Origin: Monocercomonoides exilis PA203
Taxonomy: Eukaryota; Protista; Preaxostyla
DNA: 64,000 nucleotides
Direction of reading: 5' to 3'
Assembly (NCBI GenBank): GCA_001643675.2
Contig: LSRY02000004.1
Location: 1-64,000 of the forward strand
Positions 32,906-45,163 of this stretch are shown here, piece by piece. The position numbers and the translations under genes are program-made. The notes beneath the pieces were generated by a model. The model saw only the letters and a list, made by a program, of their open reading frames with translations. It was not told the DNA's origin and searched no databases. Numbering within the stretch: the stretch's first letter is position 1; the number at the start of each line of letters is the position of its first letter.

Positions 32906-34949
32906 ATAAGCGGAGAGCATCCAGAAGGTATTGAGAAAGGAGACGAGGAAATGCAAAAAATGCTAAAGCTTGGAAAAGCGTTTACTGCACCTTCTCAGCT
33001 TGTGCGAGATGATTACGATGAATTGAATGGAAATGGTTCGAAAAAGATTTTGAAGAAAAATGGAGAAGAAGGCGAAAGAGGGGATTATGAAGACGATGAG
33101 AGGATGCAAAGAAAAAGAGAAGCGTTTTTATCAGGTGCAGCAGAAGTTCTTCGGCAGAAACAAGGCTTATTTGCTATGACGTTTATGCAGCGTGCAATTA
33201 AAGAGCAAATAGAGGAGGAAGGCGCAACAGATGAAGTTCAGAAAAAAGTGAAAGAAATGGAAGAGGAGGAGCAAGAAGAGATGGAATCTCAATTACTCAA
33301 ACAAAAGATGAGAAAAATGAGAAATGTTCGTGACAGTTACGGCGATCAAGAAATGAGTGAAGATGATGGAGCAGATGAAGAGGAAGAACGTTGGGTTGCT
33401 GATCTTCCCAATTCTTCGCAATCTGCTCGGAAAGTCAAAGCACCCATTGACATCAGCCAGACAGACATTCAACGCAAACACGGTGGAAGCGATATCGATG
33501 ATCTTGCAAAAGAAAAAGAAACAGCCGAAGAGCAATCTCGCATCGCAACAAATCCCTGGCTGCAAAAGACGACGGCACCGTTGCAGGATGAAAAGAGAAA
33601 GAAATCGAGTATTCCTGCTTCGTCTTCTATCGCATCAACACTCAGCGCTTTGTCTTTATCTTCAAATGCTCTTTCTCTTCATACTTTGAAGCAATCAGAA
33701 GATGAGAAAAAGGAAGATGAAGAGGATGAAAGTGAAGATGGAGGCATCATTGACAGTGAAGTTAATGAGGAAGCAGATGATCTTGAGAGTGATGATGATG
33801 ATGGTATGCTTTCCGCGTCGAGGCTTCGAACGAGAGATGATCGCGCAGCAGAGAATGGGCACGTGCCAGCTGTGAAAAACGAGATATTCAGAGATGAAAA
33901 AGCTCAGAGGAGAACAGATGAAAGAGTGTTTGGAGCTTCAAAACGAATGAAATTAGAAGTTGGCAGTGGTGAAGTTGGCGAGGCCAATGGAGAAAGCGAT
34001 CAGATTAGCAAAAAAGATAAGAAGAAAACGAAAAAAGGGAGAAAAGAAAATGAAGACGAAGACAGTGAGATTGAAAAGCAGCTAAAAGAGGAAAGACAAA
34101 TCATGGGTTCGTCTGGAACACACGTTTCTGGTGGAGAAGCTGCTGAATTTGAAGAGATGAAAAAAAGAGAGGAAGAAGAGCGCCATCCAAAGGAAAAGCA
34201 AATTATTTTGCCAGGATATGTTTGCGATATTTTTTTTTAATTTGTTTCTGTTTTGTAAAAAATATTATTTACTTTTCTTTAACCAAATTATAATCATCAT
34301 AATTATTATTATTAATTATCTTTTCTGATTTTCTAATATTTTTCCAAATTAATTGTTTGATTTCTGATTATAAATTATTAACAGGGATTTTGGATTGGGG
34401 AAGGATGTGTTGCACCGAAGCACATTCCGAAGGCAGCAATTGTCAAATCAAGTGATGGGCGTGGAACGATCAGCAGAACGCGCGATGCTTCTCCAAACAT
34501 TCCGCCACGTTCTGCTCCGCCGTCAGCACCACCAACTGCTGCTATCACGCCAAACACTTCACTCCCGCGGGTCATCATAAGTGAGCGGAAAGACAAACAT
34601 TTCATCAACTCACTCACAGTTCCGAAACTTCCCTTTGGATATACAACAAAGGAAGCTTTTGATTATGCTATGTCAAAACCTGAAGGAACAGAATGGACAA
34701 AAGCTTCAACGCACAAGAAGTTCATTCAGCCAAAGGTCTGTATTGATAATTCTTATTTCTCCTTTTCGCAATTATTCTTATTGTGCGCGATCTGTTGCTC
34801 AGGTTGAAACGCATTCTGGAGTTATTATTGATCCATTGACATGGAATAAGAAAGTTGAAAATGCTGGGCCAAAGAGAAAAGAGATGAAGATGCGAAAAAA
34901 GGAGCATAACAAACAAATTCAAGAACTGAAAAGGAGTAAACATCATTGA
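31836..34949 (+). CDS. UTP14: U3 snoRNA-associated protein 14 (SSU processome), 5 exons
   Basis: Motifs KRQNKIKSKNYRK and RAKERATLKHKNTSRW, spliced LPGY|GFWIGEG, and C-terminal VIISERK..LPFGY..PEGTEW..PK|VETHSGVIIDPL. Exons 31836-31931, 31998-32120, 32189-34219, 34385-34735, 34803-34949. Confidence 0.9.
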
Positions 34950-36559
34950 AAAGTGTTGTTATTTGAATTATAAACAATTAAACGATTTTCATTTGTTATG
35001 AATTCATTTCAACCATTTCATTTTCAAATAAAATAATGAAAATTAATTTATTGTAAATGTTTGATGAAAAGATACACCAAAAATAATTCATGTGACTATT
35101 CCTTTTTGAAAACATACTTTCATTCTTATTTCGTTCAGGCATTTTTTATCTATGGAAATAAGTGGAATTCAAATGTTTTCTGTTTTCTGTTTCAAATATA
35201 TGGGTGATTATTTTTGAAATCATATTTTTTCTGTAAAAATATTTGGATTGAATGTCTGTTTTGCATATCTGTCAGTGAACATTGAAAAGTGATAACACTG
35301 TCCGCAAAATAATGTCATTAATGTAGCTCAAATGTGTGCATATGAAATAATTGCAATTTATTAAATACTCGAACGATAATCTTCTAACAATTATCAAAAG
35401 AAAATAAAATAATCGAAACTCTGAAAAAAGTTATGCTTACAAAAATAATCACCCATATTATCATTAACTTTTCACCATTTTTGTCCAAATATCAAATTGT
35501 TTATAAATTCTGAATAACTTCCGATTATTGCATAAAAATTTAACCAAACCATAAAAAATGTTGTTAACAAATAATTTTCTTATAATATCGATGAGCTGTT
35601 ATATGAAAAAATACGTTCAAACAAATAAAAATCTATAAAACAATTTCATGTCTGATTCTTCCCGATTGGATGCTTTTTCTTCATCGTCTTTATTTTTTTC
35701 TCAGTCGAATAAATTGAAGTATCAGTAACTTCTGTTTCTGCAGATGAGAGGCTGCTCCTTGCTGTTTCTGTTTCATCTTCACTTATTTCGTGAATCACAT
35801 CAACCTTTTTTGGCGAGATATAATCTAGTTGACAGACGAGTTGAGCAAAAATTCAAATAGTAAATGAAAAGCTCACTATTACTAATTATTTTACAATTAT
35901 TCTTATTTGGCGAAACTTCGTCTGTCATGTTCAGTTTTAAAAATGTTAAAAATAAAAAAATAATGGGTGAGATCATTGATTTCATCTGCGTTTTTCTGTT
36001 TCTCCACATATGGCTAAATTTTTTTGAAAAGTGACATCAGATCAAAAACATGACCCATGGCAGTTAATATATAATCATTCCGTTTCCATTATTTTTATGA
36101 AAAGATTAAAATTATAACGAAAATGCTTATCTGTTAATTGCAATCTTCTTCATGAAAAGAAAATGTTTAAAGCAAAAAATTATATATTTGATTTGTTGAT
36201 CAAAATAAAAAAATATAAAATTCTCAATGAAAAAGAGTTATATTTGCTTTAACTATCATTCAATTACTGACCAGTGAATTGTTAATGGTTTATTTTATTC
36301 TTTTAAAGAATAAACAAAAACAGCGATTATCATTGAAGTTTTTTATTAATAGGAATTTTATGTGGCTCAAAATGAATAATAACATTTCATGGAAGTAAAT
36401 ACAGCTTGTACAAGTGGGATTGAACAAAAATTCTATCAAACATTGATGGTTTACAATTTGTTTTTCTTTATATTTTAATAATTTTACACCTTTTTTTGTG
36501 TCTCAAATTTGTCGCAGATTTCTGAAAGCCTTTGAGAAAGAACTTGCAATATGCAAATT

Positions 36560-37020
36560 TACAACAGATTCATAAGAAGATGAAGAAGATTTCTGCTGAC
36601 GGTTGTGAAATGAAAGAGTGAGATGATATTTGTGTCTTCTATTACAAGAAATCACGAGAATAGCAAGCAATGTGGAGAGTTCAGTATGCCATGCCACTCA
36701 TTGAGCTTTGGAGTGCAACACATCATTCCATCTCTGTACTCGCAGCTGTTGGCCTCGGGGCAAACAGAAATTGTTGGGGAATGCGAAGCAAAGGATGTTA
36801 GCATCCACTCACTGAAACCTCCCTTCGCTACTTTTGTATATCTGAACTCAACAATTTCTGACAATGAAGGAATTCTCATCTCAACCTCAGAGACTGTTCG
36901 GATTGAAAGATTGAAATTCAACTTTTGGCAGTTATTTTCATATTCAGGCAGTTCTATTATTCATGAAGCATATGGACAGCTTCCTCTTTCAGTTGTTGAT
37001 TTTTCTTCTTCAAAGTCTTC
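36560..37020 (+). pseudogene. Fragment of the giant surface-protein family
   Basis: IFVSSITRNHENSKQCGEFSMPCHSLSFGVQHIIPSLYSQL aligns by eye with IVVSSLSEYGGENERQCGTYVLPCLSLGYAISHVTSDFDSRL of the 19188-31496 protein. Upstream stops; no signal peptide or TM. Confidence 0.75.
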
Positions 37021-37048
37021 TTTGTTATCATATATTTCTTTTTTTATT

Positions 37049-37606
37049 TCTTCTTCGTCTTCTTCGTCTTCTTCGTCTTCTTCGTCTTCTTCGTCTTCTT
37101 CGTCTTCTTCGTCTTCTTCGTCTTCTTCGTCTTCTTCGTTTTCTTCGTCTTCTTCGTCTTCTTCGTCTTCTTCGTCTTCTTCGTCTTCTTCGTCTTCTTC
37201 GTCTTCTTCGTCTTCTTCGTCTTCTTCGTCTTCTTCGTCTTCTTCGTCTTCTTCGTCTTCTTCGTCTTCTTCGTCTTCTTCGTCTTCTTCGTTTTCTTCG
37301 TCTTCTTCGTCTTCTTCGTCTTCTTCGTCTTCTTCGTCTTCTTCGTCTTCTTCGTCTTCTTCGTCTTCTTCGTCTTCTTCGTCTTCTTCGTCTTCTTCGT
37401 CTTCTTCGTCTTCTTCGTTTTCTTCGTCTTCTTCGTCTTCTTCGTCTTCTTCGTCTTCTTCGTCTTCTTCGTCTTCTTCGTTTTCTTCGTTTTCTTCGTC
37501 TTCTTCGTTTTCTTCGTCTTCTTCGTCTTCTTCGTCTTCTTCGTCTTCTTCGTCTTCTTCGTTTTCTTCGTCTTCTTCGTCTTCTTCGTCTTCTTCGTCT
37601 TCTTCG
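37049..37606. repeat. 9-bp tandem repeat (TCTTCTTCG)x62 with occasional TTTTCTTCG variants
   Basis: 558 bp of in-register 9-mers, followed by a short (CCTTCA)n-like run at ~37637-37690. Confidence 0.97.
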
Positions 37607-37949
37607 TATTCTTTAATTTCATCATCTTCTTCTTCTCCTTCTTCTCCTTCACCTTCTCCTTCACCTTCACCTTCACCTTCGCCTACACCTTCTTCAACTT
37701 CTTCTCTTCAAACGTTATGTTCAGAAATATATTGAAGGAAGACTGTTGTATTCTCAGTGTTAACTGCATATCTGTTTCTTTCAAAAGCTTTTTGAAAGAA
37801 AATGAATTCGACAAGAAACAGGAGATAGAAAAGGATGAAAAAGGAAAAGAAGATGATAACTCTGATGAACATGTCATAAGAAAAATCAAAGCGTCGATCG
37901 CATCTTATACGCATTCAAAGAACAGCAGCATGTTGTTTATTGCAATCTC

Positions 37950-40900
37950 TTTCTCACTCAAACCCTTCTCGAGCTATTATGTAAAAGTTAAAAAAGAAGA
38001 TAATAATGAAGCATGAAAAGGCATTGGCTCCTTCTCCCTTCCAGTGCCATGTCATTGTGTCGTGAGACATAACAACTCGCTGCCAGTCCCACAGTGGCAG
38101 CTTAAAGAAGATCTCCCCTTCCACCTCTTTCTTCCAATTTGCAGTCCCACCAGCTCCACCAGCAGCCGCACCATCCGGAACAGCGCCTGCCGCCCTTCTT
38201 TCTTCCCCTGCCGACACACCTACCAACACCCCCGCAAATTCCCTTGAAGGCGCGCACGCTCAGTCGTGAAGAACCTGCTTCAGCAGCGCCAGTTGCTGGC
38301 TCACCATCTTTATATCCCCTCTGTTCTCATTCATCGAAAGAGGCACCCACCATTCTGCTGTGTCGCACACATCCGGCAGTTTCAAGCAGCGCATCATGAA
38401 GTAATTGTGCTGGTATACCTCCAGCACCGATGAAAATGACAACAGACAGCAGCCCGACAGCCGGGACTCATCCCGGAAGATCCGCATCGACAGCGCCTTT
38501 GGAGTCTGCGGATAGCACACACAGAAGAGACTCAGCCTGTAAGAACGTTATCCCTCTGCAGGCTTCGTTCAGCGAAAATGAAGATGGAGTTGATGGTTCG
38601 CCTCTGCGTATGGAATCATACAGCGCCCTCATTGCCTCCTTCCACTTCACTGCCTCTGCCAGGTGATAGTTCAGCAGAAACCCCAGAAACACTGACGCGT
38701 CCGCCTCCCCCTTCTCCGACTGCAGCCCCTCAAACTCCTCCCAAAACATCTTGATCTTCTTTTCAGAAGCCCCTTCAAACAGCGTGTTGGAGCAATTCCG
38801 GAACATTCGGAACGATATTGTAAGGAAGTCCTCTTTCTCATTCATCGGCTGCTTATGCTGCTTGCCTTCAAACTGCATCGTGCTGCAATAAAGGAAGAAA
38901 GACAGCTCATCTCCCGTAAAATCCTCCGGCATGTACTTCCCAACTGCTGCACATGTGAAAATTCCTTTCGGAACAACATCACATTGCAGATCATTGCCAT
39001 CAGCACTGCCTCTTTCTTTTAATTCTCCTAGAACTTCTCCCCCAGCCGCAAACACACAAAATCTTCAAAACATCTGCCTTGGAAGTTCCACATCTTCACA
39101 GTCGGAGCTGCCATCACTCAAATCAACCAATATCTTGTCTCTGTATATTCCCTTGATCGTCGGCTGCATCCACGCCAGCTTCCGTCGCTGTCCTGTCTTC
39201 AGCCACTGCTGTCTCGACTGAATCGACATTGATAACTTATATATGTGCGACATCAGAAGCATATGCACAATTTCGAACACCACCTGCTCCAGCAAAAAAG
39301 ACACTGAGCTCGTCGGGCGCTCCATCGTCTTTTCAAACGACAACTTCACTTTCTTCTGCTCCTGCTTTTTGAAAACATAAGAATAATTTGCTGCTTCTCA
39401 ATCACCTCCATAAACAGCGCCATCTACTCGCTTGTTGTCTATTCGTATCCTTTCAGCAGCTCCATCAACATTTTTGTTTCCTTTTCCATCTGGTTCATCT
39501 TCTGCTTTACAGTTGTATCCACTCATCCTCCATCACCATCACAAGCATTCTCTGCTCCATCGTCATTTACTTCTCCTGCAATATTCACTCCTCTGCTCGC
39601 TTTCACAACAACAACCTTCTCGCTCGGGTCTGATACAACCATCACACTGCAGCCATCCCCGATGCTCGGTGCAAATTTTCTTAGTCCTTTTCAAACAACT
39701 CCGATGGCTGAATCATCGAAACCGAAGATTGAACCAGCATGCCCCTTCACAGGGCTCAAAAAAAAGCCGGCGTAAATAACACCCTTGGCGCATCTATCGA
39801 AACATTGCTTTCTCCACTTTCCACTTCGCACTTCTTTATCTTGATTTTCAACTCCTTCTCTATCCCCACATAAATAAATTCGACTTTCTCCTTCATGGCC
39901 GCAAGCTGCTCCTAAAGCTCCTTCACCTATGCATTGTGCTTCTCGTTCAGCTCCTGAATCTTCCTCTCCCGCCGTAGGATAATCTTGTTCTTCTCCTGCA
40001 GCTTCTTAACCAGCCCACTCATCCGCAACGATTTCCGCTCGTCGTCCCGGATCTTCTGCAAAAGTATATTGAACTCCGTAGACATCTTTACCATCTCATG
40101 TTTCTCCTCCTCTTGCTGCTCCTTCAGCTCCCGGATTTGTCTGCTCATCCCTTCATTCTCCCCTGCAATCTCGGATTTCTGCGCCTCGCACTTCACACAC
40201 ATCTCACACAGTATATTCACCGCATTCACCATTTTCCTCTTCAGATCTTCCTCCATATTCTTCAGCTCTTCGCCACTTCGCGCACTGTGGGCAAGTGTCA
40301 TATCGCTTCCTTATCCAGCTTCACCACCAAACGCACCGACTGCGGTGATCGCAAATCCAGCTGCAATGTTATAAACAGATTGCATTCACATCTGCCGCTT
40401 CAAAGATTCGCTTGCTCCCCGACTTCGTGCACATAGACGCTGCAAGCGACTGAAGCTGTGCCACGAACTGAACCTTAAGCATCGCAGAAAGCTCCTCATC
40501 GCACGCTCATACAACACCCCCATACAGCACCGCCAGTCGCGCCACAACATATCCATGCAGCGTCCGTTGCTCCCTCAGTTACGAAATCTTTTGATTTTCA
40601 TACACCCCAGCCACCTCTCGAAGTCGTCCATCGCTCCTGCCGACGTGTATGGTGCTGCCACCGCAGATGCATCCGAAGGGTCAATCGCAGGTGCTGAAGA
40701 AGAAGAAGAAGATAGCTTATCATCTCCTGCTGCCTTCTTCTCGTTGCTTTTCCGCCTCAGGAATGGCGAAGCTGATCGGCGTGCTGCTCCAGTTGAAGAA
40801 GACGAAGGCGCTGAGTGAAGAAACGACTGTTACGCTGCTCCCGCCACAAGAAGCTTTTTCAGATACCGCACTACGTCTTCAGGCTGCCCTAATGGTGACA
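37950..40900 (-). pseudogene. Disabled GC-richer coiled-coil-containing gene (multiple nonsense codons and frameshifts)
   Basis: Chain of minus-strand ORF pieces (39927-40301, 39065-39349, 38468-39055, 37954-38229) with coding-like composition. In-frame stops such as KHNA*VKEL*EQLAAMKEK. Family not recognised. Confidence 0.6.
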
Positions 40901-41904
40901 CAAACACAACATTTTCATTTGTATCAGAATGGTTGACCAGCCGAAAAAATCTGCTTTTTTCATGCTATTTGAAAGGATAATTGTAGGATATTTTTCCATA
41001 ATGTGTCAATATTAAAAGGAAGGGAAAAGGGAAAGGCACATCCTGAGATGAAAGAAACTTGATAATATAGATTGATTAAATCAAAAAAAAAGAAAAGTTT
41101 GTTTTTTTTTTTTTTTTTTTTCATTTGTAATAAATGGTGATTTATTTTGATAAACAACATTAATAATTAAATAAATGTCAACTGCTTTTTGAATATTTTT
41201 CGATAACAACGAGCAAAGTTTTGATGAATTTTTCCTGTTTGATTAATTCTTATGAAAAATTCTTGAATTAAAGCAAATCAATTTTATTCGTTTAACAACA
41301 AAAGAAAATTATAAAAAATTGTATGACATCCATGAATTTTTAATGAATATTCGAATTGATGAAATGAAAATGCAGAAATAAGAACATGCAATTCATTTAA
41401 TTCAAATAGCTCGAAAGCAGTAGCTAAAAAAAGCATTTGCTAATAAATTATTAACGTTCTGTCTGTTATCATCGGATCTTTGAAATGCTTTTAAATAATA
41501 AGCTCAGAAAACAACAATAAAAAATTAGCATAAATCTTATATGGGAACGGAATGATCAACTTTTTTGATCATTTGTGATCTTTTGTGGGACAAAATTAAA
41601 GTGATGGAACTTTACAAAAAAATTTTGCCATATAGCTTTCAAATATTGATAAATTCTGCTGCTTGTGTGTTTGTTTATGTAGTTTATTTGTTTTTATCAA
41701 TCTTTATTAAAAATATTTTATTTTTTGTTGCTTAATTTCGATTGTTCACTTAATCACTTTCACTTTTGCTCGAAACAAAAAGGTGAAGAAATTGGCATCA
41801 CGGAAGTGTGATAACTTATTAAATATTATTAACTTTTATTCATTTTGAAATTTAAATACTCGATATTATGTTTTTTTATTTAAAATTCAATATTTTTAAC
41901 TTTA

Positions 41905-42719
41905 GTGTTGCGCCGTATCTAAGATGATGCGAAAATTTGAACAAACGAAAGAATTAATCAAAGAAATGAATAAAAAAGAATTCAAATCTTTTTTTTCATT
42001 TGAACTGTTCGGCAAAATGCACAAAATGTTTGACGAAAGAAAATTAGGTTGGAGAAAGTTGCTGCTTGCTGAAGGACATGGGATATTACAAAGTGCTGAA
42101 AATGACTTTATTATATTCTTTTGATGAATCTTTTTTGAGAGATCGATTTCAGAAAATGATCATTGAAGAAGAAGAGAGAAAAAAAGAAGAAAAGAATGAA
42201 AATCTTCTTGTTGGACTTTGTGAATGATTTCTTTTGCTTCATGAGAATATTTCAAGAGAATTTGCTTCAATATGTGTCCGTTGCCTTCTGAAAGTTGCAG
42301 CGAAGAAAGAGGAAAGCGAGGAAACACAAAAAGAAGTGGAAATGGCATTGCTGACTTTGATCAATACTTTCTGTTACGTTTGAAATTTTCTATTTTCTTT
42401 TGATTTTTTTAATTTTTATTTTATTTTTTTATCAGCCAATCAAAAAGGAACTGTATTTGAGTGAAATTATAGAAATTATAAAGCGTCATCAAGAATTTAA
42501 CAATCTGACACGACTTGCTTGTCGCTCTGCTTGGGTATTTTTAATAAACCGAGTTTACAGTGACAAAAGTTTGGAAAAAGTGATTGTGGATAAGCTGCAT
42601 TTTGTGAGAGATGCGACAAGAAAATTAAAAGAGCTGATAAAATGCATAAATTGGTAGTAATAAGATGAAGAGGAAATAGGAAGAAAAGAAGGAAGCAGCA
42701 GAAGTGGCTGAGAAGAAGA
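41905..42719 (+). pseudogene. Captured, frameshifted fragment of a host helical-protein gene family (left TIR copy), retains an intron
   Basis: Frames give RFQKMIIEEE, ICVRCLLKVAAKKEESEETQKEVEMALLTL and ELYLSEIIEIIKRHQEFNNLTRLACRSAWVFLINR. GT-AG intron at 42378-42435. Resemblance to an expanded Monocercomonoides hypothetical family is from recall and needs BLAST. Confidence 0.7.
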
Positions 42720-43155
42720 GTACTACTAAGTAATTAAAATGATATAAGTTGGAAATTGAAACTTATATTTTAATTTGATTTATTATTGTATTTGTTCCTA
42801 CAAACATTTTTTTAATATATCGTTAAAAATAAATTGAAATTATATGATTGTTATTTATGATATTTTTAATTGATAAATCCAATTGTTGTTTTGTTTTCAA
42901 TTGTTTGTGTTTGATGAAGACTTAATAAATAAATGAAAATGAACTTCTTTGTTGTCATATCTCAATATATTTTTTTATCAGTGGAATGAAGAATATTTGA
43001 AAATATAATTGAGACAAAATATTCATTCTTTGATAATCAAAATTTACAAAAATGTGGAAAAACTCAATGAATGAGTTACAAGGGCTTCTTTTAAATGTGA
43101 AAACATTTAAATAATCTTACATATATTTTTGTCTTTCTCCGTATGGAGGAAGATA

Positions 43156-43917
43156 TTATCTGAGAAGGTTCCAAGTGCTTTCGATTCTTTGTGTGTGAGC
43201 CTTTGAAATAGGATCCTCAAATCTTTTTTTGTGATTGACAGTAAAATGCGTGTATCCAGCTCCATTTAAATTGTTATATCCCCTCCAACAATCCGTGTAT
43301 ATTTTTGTTTTTTCCTTCACATAACTTTTGATTGTTTGATGCAGTATTTCTCTTGATCTTTTCAAAACAGGAATTAAAAACAGATTGGATTTTTGACCCT
43401 TTTTTTTCGGACGTTCGATTCCTCCAATGATCCAATTTTGTCTTTTTGTTCTACCTCTATTGTATTTTCTTTTAGGAAATATTGCTTCATCAATTTCCAC
43501 TTCAGTTCCTTTTCCTCCAATAATTCGCGGATTTTCCATGTAAAATTTTGATAAACATTTACGAAAAGAATCATAAGCATGCATCACAGAAATATTTGAT
43601 TTTCCACAAATGAAGCTACAATGTGTCTGAGAAATGCCGAACCAAAAACATAAAGCCATCAAACAGATATTACATATTTTGAATCTGAATTTTTCAAAAT
43701 TTGTATTTTTCGAAATTTTGATTTGTTTATGTTTGCAACGAAAGCGACTTGTTTCATTTTCATAAACGTAGATTTTCATATTCTTTTGGCACTTCCAGCA
43801 ATAGCCGTCTTTTTCCAAGATCTTATGATCCAAAAGCCAATCAATTGTTTCTTTTTCTGATCTGAATATATGAAACAATTTTTTAAACTGCTTTTGATTA
43901 TCTGCTTTGGTTGGCAT
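43156..43917 (-). CDS. ISXO2/IS1595-like (Merlin) DDE transposase, C-terminally truncated by nonsense codons
   Basis: N-terminal CxxC...C (CWKC, FRC), then GGKGTEVEIDE, KRKYNRGR, WIIGGIER, IYTDCWRGY and HFTVNH..F....AHTQRIESTW. Homology appears to continue past the stop: LLR*YLPPYGERQKYM*DYLNVFTFKR. Confidence 0.93.
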   Translation of the reverse strand: MPTKADNQKQFKKLFHIFRSEKETIDWLLDHKILEKDGYCWKCQKNMKIYVYENETSRFRCKHKQIKISKNTNFEKFRFKICNICLMALCFWFGISQTHCSFICGKSNISVMHAYDSFRKCLSKFYMENPRIIGGKGTEVEIDEAIFPKRKYNRGRTKRQNWIIGGIERPKKKGQKSNLFLIPVLKRSREILHQTIKSYVKEKTKIYTDCWRGYNNLNGAGYTHFTVNHKKRFEDPISKAHTQRIESTWNLLR

Positions 43918-44348
43918 AATATTTCAAATAGAGTGTTAAAAAAAAAGATTTATAGAATTATTCAAGTTTTGATCTTCATATGTGAAAAAATAGAAAAAAA
44001 AAGACAGATTAGTGAAGTGAAATCAACAAATAAGATGCCAAAGGCACTTCGAAATAAAATTTTGAAATAAAACGAAAAATTTAAAATCTCAAGATCAAAT
44101 AAAGATTCAAAAATAATCTGGAATCAAATTACAAAAATAAATAATAAAATTATGTTCTACTAAGAATAATAGACAATTTACACAATATTTAACATGAAAA
44201 GTTCAAATTCAGTTCAACAACAATGATATAATCGAAATATAAAAAAATATATGACACTCAATACAATTAAAAAATAAATTCGTAGAAACCATTATTTCTG
44301 TCATTATCGAAGCTATATCCACTTATCATTCTTATTCTTTTGCTTCCT

Positions 44349-45163
44349 TCTTCTTCTCAGCCACTTCTGCTGCTTCCTTCTTTTCTTCCTATTTCCTCTT
44401 CATCTTATTACTACAAATTTATGCATTTTATCAGCTCTTTTAATTTTCTTGTCGCATCTCTCACAAAATGCAGCTTATCCACAATCACTTTTTCCAAACT
44501 TTTGTCACTGTAAACTCGGTTTATTAAAAATACCCAAGCAGAGCGACAAGCAAGTCGTGTCAGATTGTTAAATTCTTGATGACGCTTTATAATTTCTATA
44601 ATTTCACTCAAATACAGTTCCTTTTTGATTGGCTGATAAAAAAATAAAATAAAAATTAAAAAAATCAAAAGAAAATAGAAAATTTCAAACGTAACAGAAA
44701 GTATTGATCAAAGTCAGCAATGCCATTTCCACTTCTTTTTGTGTTTCCTCGCTTTCCTCTTTCTTCGCTGCAACTTTCAGAAGGCAACGGACACATATTG
44801 AAGCAAATTCTCTTGAAATATTCTCATGAAGCAAAAGAAATCATTCACAAAGTCCAACAAGAAGATTTTCATTCTTTTCTTCTTTTTTTCTCTCTTCTTC
44901 TTCAATGATCATTTTCTGAAATCGATCTCTCAAAAAAGATTCATCAAAAGAATATAATAAAGTCATTTTCAGCACTTTGTAATATCCCATGTCCTTCAGC
45001 AAGCAGCAACTTTCTCCAACCTAATTTTCTTTCGTCAAACATTTTGTGCATTTTGCCGAACAGTTCAAATGAAAAAAAAGATTTGAATTCTTTTTTATTC
45101 ATTTCTTTGATTAATTCTTTCGTTTGTTCAAATTTTCGCATCATCTTAGATACGGCGCAACAC
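44349..45163 (-). pseudogene. Captured host-family fragment (right TIR copy)
   Basis: Reverse-complement duplicate of 41905-42719. The ORF translations are identical except the terminal CINW/CINL. Confidence 0.7.

Larger units (their letters stand above)
36012..41629. mobile_element. Nested non-autonomous TIR element (5,618 bp) carrying host gene fragments
   Basis: Left end GGCTAAATTTTTTTGAAAAGTGACATCA versus right end (reverse complement) GGCAAAATTTTTTTGTAAAGTTCCATCA. Shared subterminal ATCATTCCGTTYCCAT. ATAT on both sides (36008-36011, 41630-41633). The empty site ctccacATATagctttc is present in the right Merlin TIR near 45434. Confidence 0.85.

Noticed and set aside
37049-37606. CRISPR-like array
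   Set aside because: Contiguous 9-mers without unique spacers, in a eukaryotic context with no cas genes.
36963-37676. Poly-LRL and poly-KKT ORFs
   Set aside because: Alternative frames of the 9-bp microsatellite.
39900-43160. TAA/TAG = Gln genetic code (as in the oxymonad Streblomastix) to explain in-frame stops in the cargo gene and transposase
   Set aside because: Host genes here end in TAA, the 12-kb ORF has no internal TAR, the transposase's other Gln codons are CAR, and the cargo also has frameshifts. Ordinary nonsense decay is simpler.
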